A DNA stretch of 64,000 nucleotides from an uncultured virus (IMG/VR IMGVR_UViG_3300029951_000024) (taxonomy: Duplodnaviria > Heunggongvirae > Uroviricota > Caudoviricetes), in IMG/VR virus record IMGVR_UViG_3300029951_000024; one strand, given 5' to 3'. Numbering within the stretch: position 1 is the stretch's first letter; every line of letters begins with the position of its first letter. The position numbers and the translations under genes are program-made. Positions 45,618 to 54,491 of this stretch are shown here, in pieces. The notes under the pieces were generated by a model. The model was given only the letters and a program-made list of their open reading frames with translations. It had not been told where the DNA came from and searched no databases.

Positions 45618-46018
45618 GGCTTCTCTCCTGTACTAGAACTTTGATTGACTACCGATCCTGCGGCGCAAATTTGCGCTCGCATCCTGGCGACCTCTTCGGG
45701 GTTCTCATCACGCCAGCGCTGCCAGCTCTCATGCGTCAGCTTCCATTCGACCCACTCCGGTATGTCCGGCGTCGGCTCGAACGGGTTGTACGGATCCTGG
45801 CCGGCAGCGCAGCGCTCGCACTGGTGACGGCCGTTCGCGTGCTTGCCGCAGAAGAAGAGTCCGCAGCCATGCTCCCCGCCGTATGGCGTCTGGTGCGCGC
45901 ACACGTACCCCAGGCCGCGGTCGATCGACTCGCCGCAGCCAGGGTGATCGCACGTCGCCGGCACGCCGTAGCCGATGTCGCGTCGCCATGTGCTGTCGTA
46001 TCCGATTGACCAGCCCAT
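45614..46018 (-). CDS. Cys-rich zinc-binding phage protein
   Basis: RDIGYGVPATCDHPGC..IDRGLGYVC..GCGLFFC. Confidence 0.75.
   Translation of the reverse strand: MGWSIGYDSTWRRDIGYGVPATCDHPGCGESIDRGLGYVCAHQTPYGGEHGCGLFFCGKHANGRHQCERCAAGQDPYNPFEPTPDIPEWVEWKLTHESWQRWRDENPEEVARMRAQICAAGSVVNQSSSTGEKP
45663..45676. repeat. dispersed palindrome copy 7 (GCGCAAATTTGCGC)
   Basis: In the 3' end of 45614..46018, 46 nt upstream of the next start codon. Confidence 0.9.
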
Positions 46019-46284
46019 CAGGATGCCTCCGCCCCGGCTACGACATCACGGCAGCGCGCGACCTCTTGCTCGGCTCGCTTGATCGCCTCGGCGCGGAACA
46101 CGGCTATGCCTTCGGCGACGATGCTCGATATGCCAGCGGCCATTTCCTTATAGCCGGGGCAGGAGGATGCCGAGTGCCAAGTCACGCGCACCTCGTTCTC
46201 TGGAATCTCGTAAAGGAACCCCTTCAGCAGCTCCAGCTCATCGATCGCGTTGGCCAGCTGCCGCAGCTTTGATGATTCGCTCAT
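46018..46284 (-). CDS. hypothetical protein
   Basis: MSESSKLRQ..., coupled ORF. Confidence 0.55.
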   Translation of the reverse strand: MSESSKLRQLANAIDELELLKGFLYEIPENEVRVTWHSASSCPGYKEMAAGISSIVAEGIAVFRAEAIKRAEQEVARCRDVVAGAEAS

Positions 46285-46925
46285 GACTCTTTCCTCCAGA
46301 ACCAGAAGTGCGCACGCCACAAGATCCATTGCAGATGCACGCCGGCGCCGTACTCGCGGTGCCAGTGGATCCACACATAGGGCAGCACCTCGATTAGACG
46401 GCCGTGACTCTTGGTCGGCCTGTTCTGGCCCCACAGCCACACGTGCAGCCAGGCCGTGAGCCATGAGAAGCCCAGCCCGACGGCGCTTCCGGTCGCCAGC
46501 CGAATCCTCGGCAGCAGAACCAGCGACCGAATACCGCCGCGCGGGACTTCCCACAGGAAGCCGTAGAAGTGACTGAGTTTCTTGCGTGGGTGCCGAGACT
46601 CGATGTCCGGCAAATCGCGCAATGCGGACGCCTTGTTGATCCAGAAGTTTCCGCCGGAGTCGAAGTCGCTATATTCCTCCAGCAGCACCGCCAGATCATC
46701 GGCGTCGACTTGGTACAGATCCACCTCGCAGCATTCGGAGAACCAATCGCCGACCTGCGGCTCGCGGCCCAGGTGGTCAATGATGCGCTGTGGCCATGCG
46801 AGCTTGACCATCACGGGTTCGTTGAACCGCTCCATGTACAACTGTCCCTCTGGCGACAGCAGGTATTTGAATTGCGCGGCGGCCAAGGCTCGGAAGGCGG
46901 CCGCGGTATCGTCATTGACGCTCAT
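46281..46925 (-). CDS. hypothetical protein with Trp-rich C-terminus
   Basis: Coupled ORF. Confidence 0.55.
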   Translation of the reverse strand: MSVNDDTAAAFRALAAAQFKYLLSPEGQLYMERFNEPVMVKLAWPQRIIDHLGREPQVGDWFSECCEVDLYQVDADDLAVLLEEYSDFDSGGNFWINKASALRDLPDIESRHPRKKLSHFYGFLWEVPRGGIRSLVLLPRIRLATGSAVGLGFSWLTAWLHVWLWGQNRPTKSHGRLIEVLPYVWIHWHREYGAGVHLQWILWRAHFWFWRKES

Positions 46926-47581
46926 TGCCGCATGTCCTCTTCAAACAGCGCGGCCACGGCGGGATGGTACGGCCCGGGTCTGGGGAGAATACTTTCGGCC
47001 CACTGGCGCGCGTTGCTGATAATGCGGCGCAGGCGGTCCACCTCCGGCAGCGGATTCTTTCCGAGAGGCGGTTTCCAGTACTCGCCCCCGCAGTCGGTGT
47101 ACCCGGCTGCCATAAGTGTCTGCACGGCCTTGTCGCGCTCTTTGGCCAGCGATGCGGCCTGCGTCTTCTGTCGCGCCGCTTCCCACCAGCGCTCACGAAT
47201 GATCTTCGGAACCAGCACGAAGCCGGCGTCCTGAATCTGCTGGTACGCCGGTCCCAGCTCGGCGGCCAGCTCATCGTGCGTCATGCTCATGCCGCTGGCG
47301 CCGAGGAAACTCTCCTTGCCGCCCTGATTCCACGGGATGCTGCGGTCTACCTCGGGCAGCGCCTTCGACGGCCCAAGCGGCGGCTCCATGGCCACGGCCT
47401 CATGAATCAGGCGCATGATGAAGTCTCGGTAGTGGCCCTCGCCGTAGAAGTCGGCAATCAGGTCACGGCCGCCGCTGGCATCCTCGAAGTACAGGCGGCC
47501 CCCGCCGTGCTCGTACTCGTTCAGCTTCGCCGCCTTCAGACGCTCGATCGTCTGCGTGATGGGCAGTCTCTCTTCAGACAT
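46922..47581 (-). CDS. hypothetical protein
   Basis: Coupled ORF; GYTDCGGEYWKPPLG motif. Confidence 0.6.
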   Translation of the reverse strand: MSEERLPITQTIERLKAAKLNEYEHGGGRLYFEDASGGRDLIADFYGEGHYRDFIMRLIHEAVAMEPPLGPSKALPEVDRSIPWNQGGKESFLGASGMSMTHDELAAELGPAYQQIQDAGFVLVPKIIRERWWEAARQKTQAASLAKERDKAVQTLMAAGYTDCGGEYWKPPLGKNPLPEVDRLRRIISNARQWAESILPRPGPYHPAVAALFEEDMRQ

Positions 47582-47978
47582 GGTGTGTGCCCTCGACGCC
47601 GCGGGCCATGCGCTTCAGCGTGCGACGCTGTAGGGCGTGCAGCGCCGCGCGCATGGAGTACAGCGCCTCTTTGTTGTCGGGCGACGCATACGGCCCGCGC
47701 TGGAATGACTCCAGCCGATCTATCAGGATCGCCAGCAGCGCCTCATGGGTCACGCCATTGACGCCGACCTCGGCGATGGGGCCATTCTGGAATATCACCG
47801 TGGAATGGTCGGCAGACTTGCCGTAGCGACCAAAGAACGGGTCGCTCGCATTGGATCCGGTGTCATACCCGCGGATCTCGTACAGATGGTTTGCGCCTCC
47901 CGATCCTGGCTGGTCCAGCGCGTGCACGGTCAGCACGTCATTTGCGGGGTTGATTTTGTGGGCTGTCAGTTCTCTCAT
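47574..47978 (-). CDS. tad1: Tad1-like anti-Thoeris signalling-molecule sponge
   Basis: GGANHLYEI..IFQNGP..GVTHEALLAILIDRLESFQRGPYAS..N..AL..RRT..R..RGVEGT matches the Tad1 family pattern as recalled. Confidence 0.8.
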   Translation of the reverse strand: MRELTAHKINPANDVLTVHALDQPGSGGANHLYEIRGYDTGSNASDPFFGRYGKSADHSTVIFQNGPIAEVGVNGVTHEALLAILIDRLESFQRGPYASPDNKEALYSMRAALHALQRRTLKRMARGVEGTHHV

Positions 47979-47989
47979 TGCGCTTCCCC

Positions 47990-48235
47990 TCAATTGCGGA
48001 TCACGCAGGCGCCGGACACACGGACAAAATGGTGGTCGGCCGCGTCCTCGAACTCCCACCCGTCAGACTGACTAACGGTCTGAATCTTCCCGGTGCTGGT
48101 CCCATCGTAGATTTGCAATGTGCCGCTGTAGCACGTGATGTGGCCTGGCCTTCCGAGAGCGCCAAAGGACGCCATGTCGGTGTCCGTGCAACCGACCAGG
48201 GCGACCAGGGCCGCCAGTGCAATGATCTTCTTCAT
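47990..48235 (-). CDS. lipoprotein
   Basis: MKKIIALAALVALVGC lipobox. Confidence 0.75.
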   Translation of the reverse strand: MKKIIALAALVALVGCTDTDMASFGALGRPGHITCYSGTLQIYDGTSTGKIQTVSQSDGWEFEDAADHHFVRVSGACVIRN

Positions 48236-48241
48236 GTCTCT

Positions 48242-48940
48242 TTATCCTTGTGAAATGCGCTTGAACTCGATTACCCAGACCCACGGGTTGCGCGCCCATG
48301 AGCCCGGACCATTGATTGATTCCCACAGCGCGCGGTAGCTGATGCGCGGATCAGCGCTCCAGCTCTCCGCCATGCCGGGGATGCCGTAAGGCGTGCCGCC
48401 GTCGCCGACCCATGAGAGGCCTTCGGCCTTGGCGTCTTCGCAGCTGATGTCATTCAGCCGCTCGAGATGCAGGCCGGTGATCTCCAGCGTGATGCGGGAT
48501 GCCTCACGCGGCATGAAGATCGAGGGGCGCCATTTGTTGTGTGTGGCCCGGTCATCCCTCGGTGGTAATCCATCGCCGTCCGCGCGATAGAAGTACACCG
48601 GCGAATAGCCGGTCAGGGCGATATTGGCCCACGTCTCCCTCACCCACAGCTGGTCACCGACGGCACCGTACAACTGGCCCAGGGGAATGCAGCCCTCTTC
48701 GGGGTATTCGGCCGAGTAAAGGCGCCACTGCTGGCCGGTGTCCTTGCCGTTGTCATCCACGGTGTCGCCGTAGGTCAGCCACACGCCGTCGCGCTCTGCC
48801 TGCTCTTCGTCCGGGCCGCCGCCGCACCATTGGATGTGCATGTCCTGCGCCTCGGTCACGAGCCGACGGGTTTGGGTTTTACGATTTTCGAGGATCGCGC
48901 GCACCATCGGCGCGCTCATGAGGATGGGGCGCGACTTCAT
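48242..48940 (-). CDS. ASCH/PUA-like phage protein
   Basis: MVRAILENRKTQTRR, GDQLWVRETW, WRPSIFMPREASRITLEIT, NPWVWVIEF. Confidence 0.8.
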   Translation of the reverse strand: MKSRPILMSAPMVRAILENRKTQTRRLVTEAQDMHIQWCGGGPDEEQAERDGVWLTYGDTVDDNGKDTGQQWRLYSAEYPEEGCIPLGQLYGAVGDQLWVRETWANIALTGYSPVYFYRADGDGLPPRDDRATHNKWRPSIFMPREASRITLEITGLHLERLNDISCEDAKAEGLSWVGDGGTPYGIPGMAESWSADPRISYRALWESINGPGSWARNPWVWVIEFKRISQG

Positions 48941-49176
48941 GCCGCCACCGATGGCGCCGATCGCTCCGCCCTGGCTTCGATCTTGGCCGCGCAGATCGTG
49001 CACAGCAGTTTGCCGTCGACAACCACGAGCGCGCTGTTGAACTGCGCCTTCTGGCTGAACGCCTTGCTGCGGCTGCATCGGCCGACGCGGTGACGCTCGC
49101 CACAGGCACCGCCCTTGCACTCGCAGCGGTTGGATGCCCTGGCGCGGATCGCGCCTTCAGATAGTGGCGCGGTCAT
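48937..49176 (-). CDS. small Cys-rich protein
   Basis: RCECKGGACGERH..RC..CTIC. Confidence 0.55.
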   Translation of the reverse strand: MTAPLSEGAIRARASNRCECKGGACGERHRVGRCSRSKAFSQKAQFNSALVVVDGKLLCTICAAKIEARAERSAPSVAA

Positions 49177-49322
49177 GGCTTCAGACTCGTGAACCACGTC
49201 TTGTACAGCTCGAAGCCCAGGTTCCACCCGTGACCTATGAGGCAGCACACGAAGCCGATCGCGACGAACGGCGACCACAGCAGGCACATGAGGCAAAGGA
49301 CGATGATGCGTAGAAAGGTCAT
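49173..49322 (-). CDS. small membrane protein (49 aa)
   Basis: MTFLRIIVLCLMCLLWSPFVAIGFVCCLIGHGW...; ATGA-coupled. Confidence 0.55.
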   Translation of the reverse strand: MTFLRIIVLCLMCLLWSPFVAIGFVCCLIGHGWNLGFELYKTWFTSLKP

Positions 49323-49936
49323 GTCCGCGCCTCCAGCCCATCGGCACGGGCTTGATTGAGCCGGGCCATGTCCACGTCATCGCCGCCGCGGTCCGGGTGG
49401 CTCTCCATTGCCTTGCGGCGGAATGCGGTGTCGATTTCCTCGCGGCTCGCGTTGGCACCTACGCCGAGCACCTGGAACCATTGCTCAGGCGCCGGCAGGG
49501 CAATGAAGCCGGTGAAGGCACGGTCCAGGATCTCGGCCCCGCCATGGCGTTCAATGGCCCGCATGGCGTCCAGGGTCGCGGCGATCGCGGCCATGTTGTC
49601 CGCCAGCCGGGAGTAACGATCGACCGCAATGCAACGCTGACGCTTGCCGTCCGTCCAGTAGACGGCCACGCCCGGGTCAAGGTTCGCGGTGGCCTGGGTG
49701 GCGTAGGGCAGGCCATCGGTACGCAGCCGCAGGTGGCTGGAGATAACGACGGTGTCCTGGCTGACGCCAAAGGCCCGCAGCTCACGCAGGATCCGATTGG
49801 TGCCCTGGCCGACATGGATGCGCCCCGCGGATGCGCCGTTGCCGTCGCGGAACAGGGCATTCGTCCGGCGCCACGATTCAGTGCGACGCCAGCCGGCGGG
49901 CCAGTTGAGCGGGTAGGCTTCCTTGGGGGCGCTCAT
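49319..49936 (-). CDS. phage J-domain (DnaJ-like) protein
   Basis: AYPLNWPAGWRRT N-terminal domain; C-terminal VLGV..SREEI..FRRKA...HPDRGG. Confidence 0.85.
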   Translation of the reverse strand: MSAPKEAYPLNWPAGWRRTESWRRTNALFRDGNGASAGRIHVGQGTNRILRELRAFGVSQDTVVISSHLRLRTDGLPYATQATANLDPGVAVYWTDGKRQRCIAVDRYSRLADNMAAIAATLDAMRAIERHGGAEILDRAFTGFIALPAPEQWFQVLGVGANASREEIDTAFRRKAMESHPDRGGDDVDMARLNQARADGLEART

Positions 49937-49949
49937 ACGGCACCGCCGG

Positions 49950-50170
49950 GGCAAAAGCTGTCTAATACTCGAAACCCGCATGTTGATTTTTCTAGTGAAA
50001 AATCACCGTAACCGGATCGATTGAATTGGACACGGATTGCCGAATTTCCGTGACGTGATAAGGTCTTAGTCTCGGTTCTGGAGACTAATGGCCTATTATT
50101 CGACACGGCCCTAAGTAGCTGATTCATCAGGTCCCCTGTAACTGCGTCTATTGGACTGTCTAAGGATTTC
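49950..50170. mobile_element. probable attP region
   Basis: AT-rich, largely non-coding, downstream of int; repeated TATTRGACA-like words at 49959-49967 (inverted), 50024-50032, 50097-50105 and 50149-50157; core not identified. Confidence 0.5.
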
Positions 50171-50602
50171 AAGATTCTTTACCGTGGCGATGGCCAGTTT
50201 TTTGGAGCATCGGAACCACTCGCCGCGCACTCGATAGGCCGCCAAGGCGGTGTGCGCTTGAAGCTCGACGCTCCTGGCGTCGAGCAGTGGCGCCGACATG
50301 TAGGCTGGCCGCCCGACGACATCAGGGTTTCCGGTACCCAGCTGGCTCACACGCCCCTTCGGGTCGGCGGCAATGCCAATCTTGACCATCGAACGGGCGG
50401 AAATTACGTAGACACGCTGCGCCACCTTGGCGGCAGTCGCCCCCGGATCCGCCTTGCAGATGCGCGCGTATTCCAGCAGCGCAGCCTCAATGTCATCGCC
50501 CAGCGGGAGCCACTTGCCACCGCGAACCAAGTAATAGGCGCCGTGCTTGTGATATACGCACCGCGGCAAATGCAGGTCGCTAAGCCTCGGTCGCGCCATC
50601 AC
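50111..50602 (-). CDS. integrase N-terminal-like domain fused to GIY-YIG/T5orf172 nuclease domain
   Basis: N-terminus HLPRCVYHKHGAYYLVRGGKW mirrors the integrase; VYVI..VKIGIA.DP..R...L.TGNP..E...H..L...RVRGEWF. Confidence 0.8.
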   Translation of the reverse strand: MMARPRLSDLHLPRCVYHKHGAYYLVRGGKWLPLGDDIEAALLEYARICKADPGATAAKVAQRVYVISARSMVKIGIAADPKGRVSQLGTGNPDVVGRPAYMSAPLLDARSVELQAHTALAAYRVRGEWFRCSKKLAIATVKNLEILRQSNRRSYRGPDESAT

Positions 50603-51582
50603 CCCGACCCCTTGTCCATCAGGTGATCGAAACTTGGCCCCTGCGCCGTCGGCTCTTCCTTGTCACGTAGGTAGCGATCCGTCTGGCTGTCGCTGGCGTG
50701 CATCATGAGAGCCCGGGCGTTCAGGCCCTGCTTCTTCGCCCAGGTCGCCGCAAACGCTCTCAGATCGTGCAGGCGGGCGTTTTGGACACCCGCGGCCCTC
50801 ACGGCGGCCTGCCACTGCCGGCGCACCGTGGCGTAGCGTGGCGGCTTTCCACGGTAGTGCAGCAGCGTCATCGAGCTGACGTTGCCGTTGAGCGTCTTGG
50901 CCCGGGCCACGATCGCCTCAAGCTCTGGCGTCCAAGGCACGATGCCCTTCGCCTTCGTCTTCTGCTGCTTGAACCGGATGCCCTCGGGCAGTAGGTCCGC
51001 CCGGCGGATGCCCAGCACGTCCGTGATGCGCTGGCCGGTCCGCATACACAGGTCGATGATGACCTGCATCAACGGCGCCGACTTTCCCCGGATGGCCCAG
51101 ACCTCATCCAAGGATAGGAGCCGGTCCCGCTTGCGCCCCGGGTACGGCTTGATGCCCACGGCCGGGTTGGAGTCGACAAGCTGATTCTCGACGGCGAACG
51201 TGAAGACCAACCGCAGAACGGTCACGCACAGGTTCGCGATGGTCGGCGTCTTGGCCAGCTGTAGCTTGAGCCCAGCAATATGCTTCGGCCGGATCTGGTC
51301 CGGGCTGAACTCCACCAGTGCCTTTTTCAGACGGCGGACCGCTTGCTTGTAGGCGGCGATTGTGTTCTTCGACGCATTGCGGGTGATGACGGGGAAGGCC
51401 TGGTCGATCAAGTCGGACATGCCGCCGCCCGGCTCTTCCATGTTCGCGGCATAGCGCGCCAGCGCAGTGCGCAGGTCGGTGCCGATGTGTTCCCACTTGC
51501 CGCGGCGCACATGGTAGTAGGCGCCATGTTTCAAATAGACGCCGCTCGGCAAATGACGGTCCCTCGTCCGTGGTCTGTTCAT
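50599..51582 (-). CDS. int: tyrosine integrase
   Basis: Catalytic R (TGQRITD), K (QQKT), HDLR, H (HAS), Y (DRYLR). Confidence 0.92.
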   Translation of the reverse strand: MNRPRTRDRHLPSGVYLKHGAYYHVRRGKWEHIGTDLRTALARYAANMEEPGGGMSDLIDQAFPVITRNASKNTIAAYKQAVRRLKKALVEFSPDQIRPKHIAGLKLQLAKTPTIANLCVTVLRLVFTFAVENQLVDSNPAVGIKPYPGRKRDRLLSLDEVWAIRGKSAPLMQVIIDLCMRTGQRITDVLGIRRADLLPEGIRFKQQKTKAKGIVPWTPELEAIVARAKTLNGNVSSMTLLHYRGKPPRYATVRRQWQAAVRAAGVQNARLHDLRAFAATWAKKQGLNARALMMHASDSQTDRYLRDKEEPTAQGPSFDHLMDKGSG

Positions 51583-51773
51583 GCCAACCTCAACTGCGGC
51601 TCGCGCTTCGTGACGGGCTTGTCGAACGTCATGCGTACATCTTCCCGCAGCACGATCAGTGTGCCGTCCGTGCGGCGGCGGAAGGGGATGTTCAGATGCT
51701 CCAGCTGCCGCGCCTGCCATGCCGGCCGGTCGCGATCAGTCAGCATCTTCACCTCTTCAGCTGTCAGGTTCAT
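51579..51773 (-). CDS. xis: excisionase-like protein (DUF4224)
   Basis: LTAEEVKMLT..QARQL..NIPFRRRTDG; coupled upstream of int. Confidence 0.8.
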   Translation of the reverse strand: MNLTAEEVKMLTDRDRPAWQARQLEHLNIPFRRRTDGTLIVLREDVRMTFDKPVTKREPQLRLA

Positions 51774-51816
51774 TATGCTGATTTCCTCTCGAGACGGCTC
51801 ATTGGGCCCGGCGCGC

Positions 51817-51999
51817 TCATGCGAATAGATCCTGCTGTGATTCCGGCTCAATGACCGGCTGCGGCACAGCGGCCGCTGCCGGCACCGCCAGGGCTCGACG
51901 GAATGGGAATAGCTCGCGCCTGCCGCACGCCACGCAAGTAACGACGCGGCCGGTATGCACCTCGTGCTCGCGCGTCTGGCCCCCGCATGGGCAAATCAT
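51817..51999 (-). CDS. small zinc-ribbon protein
   Basis: CPCGG..CVACG; ends QQDLFA. Confidence 0.55.
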   Translation of the reverse strand: MICPCGGQTREHEVHTGRVVTCVACGRRELFPFRRALAVPAAAAVPQPVIEPESQQDLFA

Positions 52000-52358
52000 G
52001 CTCCCACCGCCTCGATCGCTTCCTCGCGCATCTGCTGATAGGAGCGGATCCAGTCGCAAGCGCCGCAGGACACGGCCTCATGCGAATTCAGCGACGCGCT
52101 GTGCAGCTCCTGGCTCCCGCAGTCGGGACACCGGCCCTCGACCAGCTCCAGCAGTCGCTCCACGATGATCTTTAGGCCGCCCGCGGCTTCCGCCGGCGCC
52201 ACGATTGGCATGAAGCTCTTGGCGGTATCGCATGGCCACGGCACGCCGCAGACCACGCAGTGTCCATGCAGCTTGCCGTTAGGAGGGTCGTGCTCCGTAC
52301 CGCAGCACCCGCGATGCGCAAGGCAGGCAGCCGTCAGGCGTTGCACTTCGCTGTTCAT
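51996..52358 (-). CDS. Cys-rich zinc-binding protein
   Basis: [34 protein letters not shown]. Confidence 0.65.
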   Translation of the reverse strand: MNSEVQRLTAACLAHRGCCGTEHDPPNGKLHGHCVVCGVPWPCDTAKSFMPIVAPAEAAGGLKIIVERLLELVEGRCPDCGSQELHSASLNSHEAVSCGACDWIRSYQQMREEAIEAVGA

Positions 52359-52570
52359 GCTTCCACCGCGGCGCCGTCGCCATTGACCGGCCACTGGTTC
52401 GGGTTGCCGTCGGCCAGCCGGCGCTCCCGAATTTCCTCACGGTCCACGATCATCGATCGGGGCGCCTCGATGCCCAGGCGGACCTGATGGCCGCGCACGC
52501 CGAGCACGGTGACCTTCACGTCATCGCCGATGCACACCAGCTCGCCAATGTTCCGGGTAAGGATCAACAT
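52355..52570 (-). CDS. csrA: carbon storage regulator CsrA/RsmA homologue
   Basis: [10 protein letters not shown]...[24 protein letters not shown]...VDREEI. Confidence 0.92.
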   Translation of the reverse strand: MLILTRNIGELVCIGDDVKVTVLGVRGHQVRLGIEAPRSMIVDREEIRERRLADGNPNQWPVNGDGAAVEA

Positions 52571-53073
52571 CACGCACCTCTGCGGGCCTTGGCCCACGCT
52601 CGAATAGTTTTGGGAGTCGGCGCCAGCGTGCGAATCAGATCGACCGCGCGGGTGCAGGTCGTTACATCAAACATTCCCACATGGCATTCATCCCGGGCGA
52701 TGCCCAGGTGGGCAGCGAGCCATGCGTAGGCGCGATGGCGCGCGATTCGGTAGACACGGTCCGAGACAGCGCCCTCGTAGGCGTCATGAGCGGCCTGCCA
52801 CAGCGGATCGAATGCGGAGTGCACGCTCTGCTTTGCCTGGCGCAGCGCGGAGTCGGCGAGCCTGCCCAGCGGCTTCGCGGTGCCCTCATGGCATCCGACC
52901 CATGCGCGGTCCGCAATGCACATGTAGAACGGCTTCTCCCACAGGTCCGGCCAGCGCGGATAGATTAGCTTGCCGCGCACCAGCGGCGCCGGGCATTCGC
53001 AGTAGGGACAGACGACTGACGGCCTCGCCACGATCGCCGGCGAGACCATTGAGACTTGGTGTTCCGTTACCAT
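52570..53073 (-). CDS. DUF3268 zinc-finger protein
   Basis: CPYC, IYP, AWVGCH..PLGRLAD, H.AFDPLW, AYAWLA, CHVGMFD. Confidence 0.85.
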   Translation of the reverse strand: MVTEHQVSMVSPAIVARPSVVCPYCECPAPLVRGKLIYPRWPDLWEKPFYMCIADRAWVGCHEGTAKPLGRLADSALRQAKQSVHSAFDPLWQAAHDAYEGAVSDRVYRIARHRAYAWLAAHLGIARDECHVGMFDVTTCTRAVDLIRTLAPTPKTIRAWAKARRGA

Positions 53074-53348
53074 TTGATAATCCTTTCCTTGCATAGCTCA
53101 ACTATTTGCCGGTACATCGCGCGCAGCGTCTCCAGCTCCACAAATTCCTTTTCCAGAATCTGCGTGCGCCGGTCGATCTCGTCGTGACAGGCCGAGCAAG
53201 CATCGACGCCGAGAATGTCCGGCGGCTTGATCGACATGCCGAACCATCCGGCCTTCACGTGGGCGAGCACAACGGTTTCCCGGTTGTGATTGCACACTGG
53301 CAGCTGCACCCGGCATTCCCGGCCTTGCGCGCGCTTCCGCAGGTTCAC
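53067..53348 (-). CDS. DUF1364 (YbcO-like) putative nuclease
   Basis: LRKRAQGRECRVQLPVCNHNRETVVLAH..KPPD..ACSACHD. Confidence 0.85.
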   Translation of the reverse strand: MNLRKRAQGRECRVQLPVCNHNRETVVLAHVKAGWFGMSIKPPDILGVDACSACHDEIDRRTQILEKEFVELETLRAMYRQIVELCKERIIKW

Positions 53349-53746
53349 GCCACGTCCTTCAAATACTCTTCGCCAAAGTTTTCCCTGATGGCCAGCTCCA
53401 GGGATGGCCAAATCTCTTCCCATTCATCGGCGGTCAGCTCATCGAAGGCGATCCGCTTCGGGACCTTTTCCTGGCGCCCGGCGGCGATGACCGTCTCGTA
53501 GTGCCCGGCCATGATCCGCACGAAGTAGTCAATGCACGGCTGGGAGCGCTGCGGATCCTGATTCTTGCCAATGACCCGGCAGATGCCCATGTACATGCGA
53601 TGCCACTTCGGGCTACGCACGCGCTTGAGTTTGCACAGCGCGTACTCACCATCGCCCATGCGGCCAATGGTTTCCTCCGCGTCGCTGTCGGCCGGCATCA
53701 GCCCGACCTTCTCTCGCCCCGTGACCTTAACTACGCCAATGTCCAA
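53345..53746 (-). CDS. DUF1367-like protein
   Basis: TTG start after GGAGG; LMPAD, R.PKWHR, AGHY, PKRIAFDEL motifs. Confidence 0.65.
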   Translation of the reverse strand: MDIGVVKVTGREKVGLMPADSDAEETIGRMGDGEYALCKLKRVRSPKWHRMYMGICRVIGKNQDPQRSQPCIDYFVRIMAGHYETVIAAGRQEKVPKRIAFDELTADEWEEIWPSLELAIRENFGEEYLKDVA

Positions 53747-53761
53747 AACTACCTCCAGGCA

Positions 53762-53781
53762 GGTGCGCCAATTGGCGCACC
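53762..53781. repeat. dispersed palindrome copy 8 (GGTGCGCCAATTGGCGCACC)
   Basis: Perfect 20-bp palindrome just upstream of the RBS of 53345..53746. Confidence 0.9.
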
Positions 53782-53804
53782 CTTGCCCATAAGAATGACG
53801 CGAG

Positions 53805-54491
53805 CTACGGCCGCCACCTTCGTAATCGATGTGGTGCATCCGCAAACTCTCTAACCGATAGCGCGTGCTCCAGCGCGTCAAACCATTCAGACACTTCACA
53901 AACCATCGTATAGAGACGCTGGCACTCTCCATCGTCTAGCCCTTTGGCAATCTGTTTTGGATCTCGCTTCGCGATCGCCCGTGCCGTCTGGGCAAACATC
54001 GCTTCGCGTAACATGAATTCGTAGGCGTCGCTGTATTTTCCCTCCCGATGCTCTAAGCGTAAGTTTGTTGGCGATGGAGGAATCTCTCGCTTTACGGCAT
54101 CGATGAACTTTTTCTCGTGCAGCCGTCCGACGAAGACGGCATCGGTTGCCTGCGAAGCAGAAAGACCATTCTCGCGTAATAGCGAGGCCGGACCCGGGGA
54201 TGCCTTCGTTAGCGGCTTTTTGGACCCTGGGCGCAACTCCTGCGCCAGTTCGCCCATGCGGCGATATGCGTGCAGCTTCAGGCGTTTCGCCAGAATGTCG
54301 GCATCCTTCGAGCGATAAATCTTCGCCCACGCGGCAATGGCCTCGGCCTTGTCCGACCAGTACCGGCTTTCATCGATGCTGGTGCACGCACGCAGAGCGC
54401 AGATAGCCTGTTCATACTCGTGTGGCAGGATCGGGGGGCGGCCGCTGCCGCTGCCCCGTGTTGCCATTGCTTGTCCAGCCTCAAGAGACAT
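53805..54491 (-). CDS. hypothetical protein
   Basis: [35 protein letters not shown]; lower GC in the 3' half. Confidence 0.7.
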   Translation of the reverse strand: MSLEAGQAMATRGSGSGRPPILPHEYEQAICALRACTSIDESRYWSDKAEAIAAWAKIYRSKDADILAKRLKLHAYRRMGELAQELRPGSKKPLTKASPGPASLLRENGLSASQATDAVFVGRLHEKKFIDAVKREIPPSPTNLRLEHREGKYSDAYEFMLREAMFAQTARAIAKRDPKQIAKGLDDGECQRLYTMVCEVSEWFDALEHALSVREFADAPHRLRRWRP

